Assembly: GCA_026397315.1 (NCBI GenBank)
Contig: JAPLVC010000007.1
Location: forward strand, 1 to 64,000
Direction of reading: 5' to 3'
DNA: 64,000 bases
Source of the DNA: Candidatus Aenigmatarchaeota archaeon
GTDB taxonomy: Archaea > Aenigmatarchaeota > Aenigmatarchaeia > QMZP01 > QMZT01
Under the pieces are notes generated by a model. The model saw nothing but the letters and a program-made list of their open reading frames with translations, was not told the DNA's origin and did not search any database. The translations under genes were made by a program, and so were the position numbers. Shown here one piece after another: positions 56,427 to 64,000 of the stretch (positions within the stretch are counted from its first letter, which is position 1; each line of letters opens with the position of its first letter).

Positions 56427-56490
56427 GAATTATCCTTGTTCATGCAAAATTAAAAACAGAATAAGTTTTTTAACATAAATATGTTGTGAG

Positions 56491-57780
56491 CTAGCGCGTC
56501 ACTTCTAGCTTGTTGACCGCTTCCAAAAGATCTTTGGCCTTCGCGTTCTTCTCGAAGTGCTGCCTGACCGGTTCTAGCAACTCGTTCAGGCGCAACGCCA
56601 CTCCCGATTTCAGATCCATGGGGTGAATTTTGCCCTCGGCATATGCTTTCTCCAGTCCCGCGTAGCTTTCGAAAGACACGTCGCCTCCGAACTTCTCATG
56701 CCTTTTGATGTCAAAAGTCTTGAACTTCTCGAAGATTATGAACTTGCAGTATTCGAGGATCGGGTTTTCTGCAATCTGTTTCTCCGGGCAGTAAGCCTTG
56801 GAAATCTTGCGCTTCACTTCCTCCGGCGAATCGGTCATGAATATCGCGGAATCGGGCTTCGATTTGCTCATCTTCATGTCGATAGCACGTTCAGTCGCAC
56901 TAATCACATGCTCAATTTTTATAGATCCGGGGAATAATTTATCATATAATATTTTGATTTTTGAGCCATCTGGATAATTATACTCACTAATATTTTTTTT
57001 AATGAAGAATTTTTGTTTATCTACAACATCTTCCAAAAAGAACTCATCTGCTTCTCTATAATATTTAAACCTAGATGCTTTGTTGTAAATATCTAAATCT
57101 AGACTATATCTTAAACTAACTACAGGTTCTACTAATCCCATCATCATATGGTGAGAGACGATGACCGGCTTCCAGTAGCCGAGCTTCGGGCCGATTTCGC
57201 GCGCGAGCACGTTGACCTTGCGCTGGTCCAGGCCGAGCTGGCATATGTCCGCCTTCAGATGAAAAATGTCCGCGGCCTGCATGCACGGGTAGAGAATCTG
57301 CGACGCCTGCTGCACGTCCGCGTCTTTCCGTCCCATTATCTGGCCGCAGCGGACGATTCTGTTGACAGTCGTGTTGCGCGCCACCTGCATGACCTTCTTC
57401 CAGTAGTCGTCGTCTTTCACGTGCCCTGAGGCCCAAACGAATTCTACGTTATCGGCGTCGAGGCCACACGACTTCCAGACCTCTATGAGGTATTTGCCTA
57501 CCGTCTGTATGTTCTCGAGATTACCGCCCATCTTGTTGTTCGCCCAGCCGTGCCAGTCGGCAACCAGCATCTTGAACTTGCAGCCGGCGGAAGTCATTTT
57601 GTTTATGTTTATCGCCCGCAGTAGGCCCTGCGCTATGTGGACGTGCCCGCTCGGCTCGAAGCCATCATACGCTATCGGATGCTTTTTCTCCGCGAGCAGC
57701 GCCTTCAGCTCCTCAGGAGTGACTATCTCCCCGCCTTCGCCTACCTGCGAAACCAGCTCGAAGCGCTTTTCGACATCCAT
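56491..57780 (-). CDS. tyrS: tyrosyl-tRNA synthetase (archaeal type) with insertion
   Basis: 'YDGFEPSG..HIAQG', 'YPCMQAAD', 'GLDQRK', KMSKS, 'HPMDLK'. Confidence 0.95.
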   Translation of the reverse strand: MDVEKRFELVSQVGEGGEIVTPEELKALLAEKKHPIAYDGFEPSGHVHIAQGLLRAININKMTSAGCKFKMLVADWHGWANNKMGGNLENIQTVGKYLIEVWKSCGLDADNVEFVWASGHVKDDDYWKKVMQVARNTTVNRIVRCGQIMGRKDADVQQASQILYPCMQAADIFHLKADICQLGLDQRKVNVLAREIGPKLGYWKPVIVSHHMMMGLVEPVVSLRYSLDLDIYNKASRFKYYREADEFFLEDVVDKQKFFIKKNISEYNYPDGSKIKILYDKLFPGSIKIEHVISATERAIDMKMSKSKPDSAIFMTDSPEEVKRKISKAYCPEKQIAENPILEYCKFIIFEKFKTFDIKRHEKFGGDVSFESYAGLEKAYAEGKIHPMDLKSGVALRLNELLEPVRQHFEKNAKAKDLLEAVNKLEVTR

Positions 57781-58045
57781 ATGCAGTCACTTAATAGTTT
57801 GTTTGATTAGTTAATATTTTTGGACTGAACTTGAAATTGTATATGAGTGTTTTGCCGGCCAATAATCAGGCCTAAATAAAATACGAATAGAAGTCTTCGC
57901 TGCTATCGCTGACAGGGAATGCTATTTTTTTAGCCAGCGAATTTTTGCTCATGAAACAACCATGCATCGCAGCTATTTAAGCGCGCCGCGCAGGGAAAGC
58001 CGGAGCAAAACCGGTTTATTAAAATCGCCCGTGCAATAATTTATC

Positions 58046-58390
58046 ATGGGCCCATGGGAGACTGCAATAGACTTTTTGTATAAGGCCGGGTTTTTCGCAC
58101 TACTGACCGCGCTGCTGGTTTTCACGCTGCTTTATTTCCTGCTGTTCAACTGGCTGAGGAAAGCGAAGAAGCGCGAGCCCAAGAAATACGAGAAGGCGCT
58201 GTTCGTGATTGTCTCGATATTGGCGGCGTCGCTGATATTCATATTCTCCGTGGGCGAAGCCGCGGCTATCGTGACGACGTATGTCATGGCTGCGATATTC
58301 CTTGTCGTGATGTTCTTCTTCATCATGATACTGGCGCTCTCGTTCTTCGGCAAACCGACATGGAAATTCTGGAAAGTCGCTCCGGGATGA
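58046..58390 (+). CDS. membrane protein
   Basis: 3 TM segments. Confidence 0.65.
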   Translation: MGPWETAIDFLYKAGFFALLTALLVFTLLYFLLFNWLRKAKKREPKKYEKALFVIVSILAASLIFIFSVGEAAAIVTTYVMAAIFLVVMFFFIMILALSFFGKPTWKFWKVAPG

Positions 58391-58423
58391 AGATTTTATA
58401 AACCGCATGGGTAATTGTGTTGT

Positions 58424-59335
58424 ATGGACAGCGTAAAGGATTATAATATCGAAGGCGCGGATTTCGGCAAGCTCGTGAAGCAGATGCGTTTCGCTGGTTT
58501 CCAGGCGACGCATCTCGCCGAAGGAGTCGAAATAATCAGGCTCATGCGCAAGGATAAGGCGACGATATTCCTGACGTTTACGGCAAACATGGTCGCCAGC
58601 GGGCTTCGCAGTCTGTTCGCGCGACTCTGCGAGAAGAAAATGGTCGACGTCATAATAACGACGGGCGGCGCGATAGAGCACGATTTCATCCGTTCGTTCA
58701 GGCCTTACCTGCTCGGCGACTTCAACATGGACGACGTGCAGCTGCATAAAAAGGGAATGAACAGGATAGGCAACATCATCGTCCCGACGGAGCGCTACGT
58801 CTTCCTCGAGAAGAAGCTCCAGCCGCTTTTCGCGAAAATGTACAAGCACAAGAAATCAACCAGCCCGAGCGAGATAGCAAGGCGTTTGGGAACAATGACC
58901 AAAGACAAGAACTCGTTCCTTTACTGGGCTGCTAAAAACAGCATCCCGATTTTCTCGCCAGGCATCACGGATTCTGCAATCGGACTCCAGACGTTCTTCT
59001 TCAAGCAGGACCATCCGGACTTCGCCATCGACGTCACGGGCGACATGAAAGCGCTAGCGGACATAACGCTCAACGCGAAGAAGACGGGCGGCATAATCCT
59101 TGGCGGAGGCATATCGAAGCACCACGCTCTCGGCGCGAACCTGATGCGCGGCGGCCTCGACTACGCCGTTTACGTAACGACTTCATCGCCCTGGGACGGC
59201 TCGCTTTCCGGCGCGCGGACTAACGAAGCTGTCTCATGGGGCAAGATAAAGAGCGGCAAAGCCGCCAGGAATCACGTGACCATCGATGGCGACGCGACGA
59301 TAATTTTCCCTCTGCTGATTCACGAGTTGATTTGA
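58424..59335 (+). CDS. dys: deoxyhypusine synthase
   Basis: 'GFQATHL', 'NRIGN', 'GGGISKHH', 'DGSLSGA...EAVSWGK'. Confidence 0.95.
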   Translation: MDSVKDYNIEGADFGKLVKQMRFAGFQATHLAEGVEIIRLMRKDKATIFLTFTANMVASGLRSLFARLCEKKMVDVIITTGGAIEHDFIRSFRPYLLGDFNMDDVQLHKKGMNRIGNIIVPTERYVFLEKKLQPLFAKMYKHKKSTSPSEIARRLGTMTKDKNSFLYWAAKNSIPIFSPGITDSAIGLQTFFFKQDHPDFAIDVTGDMKALADITLNAKKTGGIILGGGISKHHALGANLMRGGLDYAVYVTTSSPWDGSLSGARTNEAVSWGKIKSGKAARNHVTIDGDATIIFPLLIHELI

Positions 59336-59354
59336 TCGGACTCTGGTTGTTTGT

Positions 59355-59891
59355 ATGCTGGTTATTCTGCTCGCGGCTCTGGCCGCAGGTTTTCTGACGA
59401 AGTTCACCGACCTGATAGTAGACAAGGACATAAAGGCAGACAAGCGCATCGCTTACGTCACCGGACCGCTTTACGGCCTGGCCATCGCATACGTGATGAC
59501 AACCGAACCATCGCTAGCTCCGCTAGGGGTTGCCCTGACACTCGCAGTAATTATAACGCGCAAGATAGACAGACTTCCTCATACGCTGGGTATAGCCGCG
59601 CTGGCCGCAGGCCTGGTCGCGATGGGCTTCCACGGCGCGGACGTTTTACAAGTAGCGGTATTCCTGCTCGCAGGCATCGGCGATGAAATAGGCAACAGCC
59701 TTGCGGACAAGGGAAAAATCAAAGGCATACCGGCGAAGCTGCTCAAGTCGAGACTCATGTTCATCGAGCCCGTCGCTTTCGCCGTCTCGCTTCTGACAGG
59801 CCAGTGGATAATATTCTCGGGCATCGTATGCTTCGACGCTGCTTACCAGATGACGACAAGGTTCGCCAGAAAGAGCAAGCAGCTTAAATAG
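59355..59891 (+). CDS. membrane protein
   Basis: multi-TM ORF; 'KID...H', 'DE' conserved-looking residues. Confidence 0.65.
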   Translation: MLVILLAALAAGFLTKFTDLIVDKDIKADKRIAYVTGPLYGLAIAYVMTTEPSLAPLGVALTLAVIITRKIDRLPHTLGIAALAAGLVAMGFHGADVLQVAVFLLAGIGDEIGNSLADKGKIKGIPAKLLKSRLMFIEPVAFAVSLLTGQWIIFSGIVCFDAAYQMTTRFARKSKQLK

Positions 59892-59957
59892 ACGCGCGCA
59901 CATTTAACTAAATTCAGCCAATTATTAACTGTTCCGATTCGTAATGATGTGTTTTGC

Positions 59958-61208
59958 ATGATTGATATACGTTTCCTCGGTGGTTGCAGGGAAGTAGGCA
60001 GGATGGGCATGCTCGTCGATACGGGAGCCGAAAAATTCCTGTGGGAATACGGCATAAACGTGGAGAACTGGGGCAAGCCCATAAAGCCGGAGATAAACTT
60101 CGACGGAGTTTTCGTCTCGCACGCGCATCTAGACCACTCCGGGCTTCTGCCGCAGATATACAGGGAGGGATACGAGGGCATGCTCTACAGTGACCCTACG
60201 ACCATCGACCTGCTATCGATACTGCTCCGCGACTCGCTGAAGATACAAAAGAGCGAATGCAACGACATCGATTTTTTCATGGAAGACATAAAGCACCTCG
60301 AGCGCAACGCATCGTTCCTGAAGGCAGGCGAGACGCAGGACTTCACGCTTTCCAACGTGAGCTTCCACAACGCCGGCCACATTCCCGGGAGCGTCACAAC
60401 TCTTCTCGAGAGCCGTGGGAAGCGCGTCCTCTTCACGGGCGACATAAAGTTCCAGGGAACCCAGCTCATGAACGGCGCTGACACCAATTTCCAAAACATA
60501 GACGTGCTCATCTCGGAATCGACTTACTCCTACACGAACCATCCCGACAGGACCGTCATAGAGAACGGTCTTAGAAAAACGGTGCAGAGAACCATATACG
60601 GCGGCGGCGTGTGCCTGATACCGGCGTTCGCTGTTGGCAGGACGCAGGAGATACTGCTCAACCTTAGCGACCTCGGCGTCCCAATATATCTGGACGGCAT
60701 GGGTGTGCGCGCGACTGAAGCGATACTGCGCCACGCGAAAAGCATCAAGGATTACAAAAAGCTGAGCAACGCGTTCTCGCGTGCCCACAAGGTGACGAGA
60801 GGCAGCGAACGCGACAGGATAATAGAAAAGCCGTGCGCCATCATCACGACAGCAGGCATGCTCAACGGCGGCCCGATACTGAGCTACCTTTCGAAACTGC
60901 ATGGCAGGGAGGACTGCTCGCTCGTCATGACCGGATACCAGGTGCCCGGCACGGGCGGAAGGAATCTCATGGAAACCGGCAGGTTCGTGAGCGGCGAAAT
61001 CGACGTGAGGCCGAGGATGCGCATAGAGTTCCTTGACTTCTCGGCTCACACGGACCACGACCATCTCATAGAATTTTACAAAAAGGTGAGGCCGAAGAAA
61101 ATCGTCCTCGTGCACGGCGAGAAGACCGAGGAGTTCGCGAAAGAGCTGAACGGCATGGGCTTCAACGCGGTCGCGCCCAAGAACGGCGACACTCTCAGGA
61201 TAGACTGA
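59958..61208 (+). CDS. MBL-fold beta-CASP ribonuclease (CPSF-like)
   Basis: 'GGCREVG', HAHLDH, 'AGHIPG', 'FTGD', 'ESTY', 'FSAH', 'VHGE'. Confidence 0.92.
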   Translation: MIDIRFLGGCREVGRMGMLVDTGAEKFLWEYGINVENWGKPIKPEINFDGVFVSHAHLDHSGLLPQIYREGYEGMLYSDPTTIDLLSILLRDSLKIQKSECNDIDFFMEDIKHLERNASFLKAGETQDFTLSNVSFHNAGHIPGSVTTLLESRGKRVLFTGDIKFQGTQLMNGADTNFQNIDVLISESTYSYTNHPDRTVIENGLRKTVQRTIYGGGVCLIPAFAVGRTQEILLNLSDLGVPIYLDGMGVRATEAILRHAKSIKDYKKLSNAFSRAHKVTRGSERDRIIEKPCAIITTAGMLNGGPILSYLSKLHGREDCSLVMTGYQVPGTGGRNLMETGRFVSGEIDVRPRMRIEFLDFSAHTDHDHLIEFYKKVRPKKIVLVHGEKTEEFAKELNGMGFNAVAPKNGDTLRID

Positions 61209-61213
61209 TCACT

Positions 61214-61690
61214 TTACGAAGGATTCGGCACAATAAGTTCTTCAGAGCCGAATTGTTCTTCCCCAACAAGGAAATCGTGTGGGAAGTCTCCGCGTGAAAT
61301 TTTTTTCATCAAATATTCTATGGCGCAGGTTGCATGGGCTTCTGCGAAAGGCGGGGATTGCATGTCCGGATATTTAATGTTTTTTAAAATGTTTTCGGCA
61401 ATTTCCCTTTCGTGTTTTTTCACGAAGGGAATCAGTTTTTCCGCATTTTTCTTGTTGAAACCCAAATCATTTCTTACAGAAAATCCTTGAATCACTTTGA
61501 CCGTGTGCTCCAAGAGTTTTGATATATAAACAGCGTCTGCCTCATTTTTAATCAATGGCAGTTCATTGCCTAGAACGAAAAAACTGTAAAAATCAGCGCA
61601 AGTGGGCGGGCCTGCATATGCCTTGTTCGAACAAAATGCTATCTTATATTTTTCGTTCCATCGGCACAGTTTGCAATAATCTGATAGCAT
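61214..61690 (-). CDS. hypothetical protein (AT-rich)
   Basis: 158 aa ORF with N-terminal Cys cluster. Confidence 0.5.
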   Translation of the reverse strand: MLSDYCKLCRWNEKYKIAFCSNKAYAGPPTCADFYSFFVLGNELPLIKNEADAVYISKLLEHTVKVIQGFSVRNDLGFNKKNAEKLIPFVKKHEREIAENILKNIKYPDMQSPPFAEAHATCAIEYLMKKISRGDFPHDFLVGEEQFGSEELIVPNPS

Positions 61691-61790
61691 AATTCATCAC
61701 TTAGTTTACTGTGAAATAGATACGAAATTAACTTTAAATTGACATGGTTTTGCATCGGGCTATTTAATTTCGAGCGGGCCAATATTAAAC

Positions 61791-62834
61791 ATGATTGTAA
61801 TTCCTGGTGAGTATGGCAGCGGGTCGGGAACGATAGTCAGGCTCGCAACCGCATTTTCTGCGCTAACCGGAAAGCCGATAAAAATAACCGACATACGCGC
61901 GAAGCGTCCGAACCCGGGCCTGCGCCACCAGCATATCGAAGCGCTGAGGGCGATAGCGAAACTGAGCGGCGGAAAATTGAAAGGCGATGAAGTCGGCTCA
62001 AAGGAAATAGAGTTCACGCCAAAGAAAGTGAAGGGCGGAACTATTGACGTGGCGATAGAGACTGCCGGCTCCATAGGCCTGCTTGCTTATGCTGTCATGA
62101 TTCCAGCTCTTTGCGCTTCCGGGAAAACGATTCTCAGGATAAAGGGCGGGTCCACCGCTAGTTTATGGGCGCCGCCGGTCTACTACATGGAAAACGTGCT
62201 GTTTCCGACGCTCGCGAAGATGGGAATCGACGCGAAATTCACCATAAACATGCATGGTTTTTTCCCCAAAGGCGGAGCAGACGTCGTGTTCGAGATAAGC
62301 CCCGCGAAGAAAGTCGCTCCCATAGTCATGAAGGAAGCCGGAGACGTCGAAACGATAACAGGCTTATCTATCGCATCGAATGACCTGAAATCCAGGAACG
62401 TAGCCGAACGGCAAATCGCCGGCTACCGCAGGATAATAAGGAAGGAGAAAGGCGTCGACATAAAACCGTTATACGTTAACGCCGCTTCGACCGGCTCGGC
62501 TTTCGTTGTCTGGGCCAAAACGACGACCGGATGCATTCTGTCGGGAGACCACGTGGGCGAAGAGAAGAAGCCTGCCGAAGTCGCCGGAGAAGAAGCGGCA
62601 TTCAAGCTGAAAGAAGAGATGGATTACAAATCGACCGTGGGCTTCCAGCTCGCGGACCAGCTCATTCCCTTCATGGCGCTCGCGTCCGGCAAATCAGAAA
62701 TTCTCGTGCCGGAGCTTACGGATCACGTGAAGACGAACATATGGCTTTGCGAAAAGTTCCTCGGCTCGAAATTCGTCACCAAAGAGAACGGCGAGAATTT
62801 CAGGGTTTCCTGTTCCGGCCGCGCGTCAAAATAA
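61791..62834 (+). CDS. rtcA: RNA 3'-terminal phosphate cyclase
   Basis: 'IRAKRPNPGLRHQH', 'AGSI.L', 'GFFPKGG', 'LADQLI', 'TDHVKTN'. Confidence 0.92.
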   Translation: MIVIPGEYGSGSGTIVRLATAFSALTGKPIKITDIRAKRPNPGLRHQHIEALRAIAKLSGGKLKGDEVGSKEIEFTPKKVKGGTIDVAIETAGSIGLLAYAVMIPALCASGKTILRIKGGSTASLWAPPVYYMENVLFPTLAKMGIDAKFTINMHGFFPKGGADVVFEISPAKKVAPIVMKEAGDVETITGLSIASNDLKSRNVAERQIAGYRRIIRKEKGVDIKPLYVNAASTGSAFVVWAKTTTGCILSGDHVGEEKKPAEVAGEEAAFKLKEEMDYKSTVGFQLADQLIPFMALASGKSEILVPELTDHVKTNIWLCEKFLGSKFVTKENGENFRVSCSGRASK

Positions 62835-63408
62835 AAATAACCGCGGCTAGAGCTAGCGTCACGGTAAAGCTTTCTACGGCCAGAATGTTTTTGTATGTGT
62901 CAGGCACCCTGGTCAACGTGCCTAGGAAATAATCGAAAAAATTGTTCACCAGCAATATCGCCATCACAATGAGCGCGTGTTTTATTTTCGGCCTCATTTG
63001 GGGGATGAGCGTCACGCCTTCGACGACCATGCCCAGGTGCAGGAAGACGTTGATTACGCCTATGAACGGGTCGAGCGGGTCCGGCGACGTGACGTAGCTT
63101 TTCCAGTAAAGCGCTATCGCCGCCACGGTCCAGAGGCCGTATTCGATGAGATACGCTCCGGCAAGGCATTTCAGGGATTCCGGCGCTTTACGACGGAAAT
63201 AGAAAAGCGCGCACACTATCGCGATCATCAGCACCGAAAGCGGCGAATCTATGATGATTATCCAGAGCGACGGATTCGAATTCATGAGCTGCGGCCAGTA
63301 AAACCACAGACCGACGAAAAAGCCGAGGACGTTGGCGAACACGAGAAATGCTAGCGCACGCTTGTCACTGAAGACTAACTCTGAAAAACGCGAAAGCTTC
63401 TGCATCAT
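62800..63408 (-). CDS. DUF1405-like membrane protein
   Basis: 'N..G...G..FY..QL', 'DSP', 'YGLWT', 'H.GM', 'N..DY'. Confidence 0.7.
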   Translation of the reverse strand: MMQKLSRFSELVFSDKRALAFLVFANVLGFFVGLWFYWPQLMNSNPSLWIIIIDSPLSVLMIAIVCALFYFRRKAPESLKCLAGAYLIEYGLWTVAAIALYWKSYVTSPDPLDPFIGVINVFLHLGMVVEGVTLIPQMRPKIKHALIVMAILLVNNFFDYFLGTLTRVPDTYKNILAVESFTVTLALAAVIFILTRGRNRKP

Positions 63409-63908
63409 GCCTTACCTATGTCCTTTATAGGGACGCCGCCGACCAGCGCGCCGGGTGGAACGCTCCTGTTGACCAGCGAGTATGCTGCAATCTTCGCATC
63501 GTCGCCTATTTCGACGCCCGCGAGAATCATGGTGAGCGAGCCGACAAGGACGTTGCTGCCTATCTTTACCCGGCCTTTCTTGTACTGATTGTGGTGGAAC
63601 TCGTGAGTGACTATGGTCGTGAAAGAGCCTATGGTGCAGTTGTCGCCTATTTCTATCATCTCCGGGAAGAAAATGTCGAAATTCGTGCCGTATATGCGCA
63701 CGTTCCTGCCTATCTTGATGCCGGCCTTCCTGTAGAGCCTGTTCTTGAGCCTGATGTCGGGCATGTACTTGCACGCGGTTATTATTATGAAGTTGCGGAG
63801 AACACGAACGGGATTGCGTATCTTGCCCCACTCGCTCAGCGACAATCCCTCTTCAGGGAAGCGGAAGCATGAAATCATTCTTTTCTTGTATTTGTCCTCT
63901 TCTGCCAT
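63405..63908 (-). CDS. hexapeptide-repeat acyltransferase
   Basis: 'IKIGRNV', 'IGDNCTIG', 'VKIGSNVLVG', 'GGVP'. Confidence 0.88.
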   Translation of the reverse strand: MAEEDKYKKRMISCFRFPEEGLSLSEWGKIRNPVRVLRNFIIITACKYMPDIRLKNRLYRKAGIKIGRNVRIYGTNFDIFFPEMIEIGDNCTIGSFTTIVTHEFHHNQYKKGRVKIGSNVLVGSLTMILAGVEIGDDAKIAAYSLVNRSVPPGALVGGVPIKDIGKA

Positions 63909-64000
63909 AGTACTTTACCTTCCATGCGCACTTCAACAATCCTGTGGTTCGGTATGTGAGTCTCGCGGCCGTTATCTTTATAGTGGAAGTGCGACCTTTT
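63875..64000 (-). CDS. partial DUF504/MJ1316-like RNA-repair domain protein (5' end outside window)
   Basis: ...THIPNHRIVEVRMEGKVLWQKR... Confidence 0.65.
   Translation of the reverse strand, partial: KRSHFHYKDNGRETHIPNHRIVEVRMEGKVLWQKRTNTRKE

Noticed and set aside
56900-57135. Intein in TyrRS
   Set aside because: No Cys/Ser start with His-Asn end and too short; kept only as an unexplained insertion.
1-64000. CRISPR array or rRNA genes
   Set aside because: No regularly spaced repeat-spacer run and no long non-coding rRNA-like stretch seen.

Overview
Archaeal genomic DNA, most likely DPANN and possibly Aenigmarchaeota-like (lineage is inference). Markers are rpl14e, rpl34e, Alba, archaeal TrpRS/TyrRS, deoxyhypusine synthase, BHB-intron tRNAs and many class III (type IV pilin) signal peptides. 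Main contents: (1) a ~9.6 kb element integrated at the 3' end of an intron-containing tRNA-Thr(UGU), with a tyrosine integrase, an HUH rolling-circle Rep and AT-rich defence-like cargo; a second att copy marks a ~750 bp tandem remnant. (2) An AT-rich island of Cys-rich and zinc-ribbon membrane proteins (20.3-24.4 kb). (3) The most striking feature: a type IV pilin-like gene cluster (~39.2-48.9 kb) in which three pilin-like proteins carry a lytic transglycosylase (SLT), an M23 peptidase and a peptidoglycan-binding domain. This is a candidate pilus-mounted apparatus for breaching bacterial cell walls in an archaeon. (4) A two-intron tRNA-Leu(UAA), plus a small hairpin repeat family shared between tRNA introns and tRNA flanks. 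(5) A trpB2-trpS operon preceded by a Trp-codon leader ORF with mutually exclusive hairpins (candidate attenuator). (6) A TyrRS with an AT-rich in-frame insertion. All calls come from reading motifs by eye; no searches were run.
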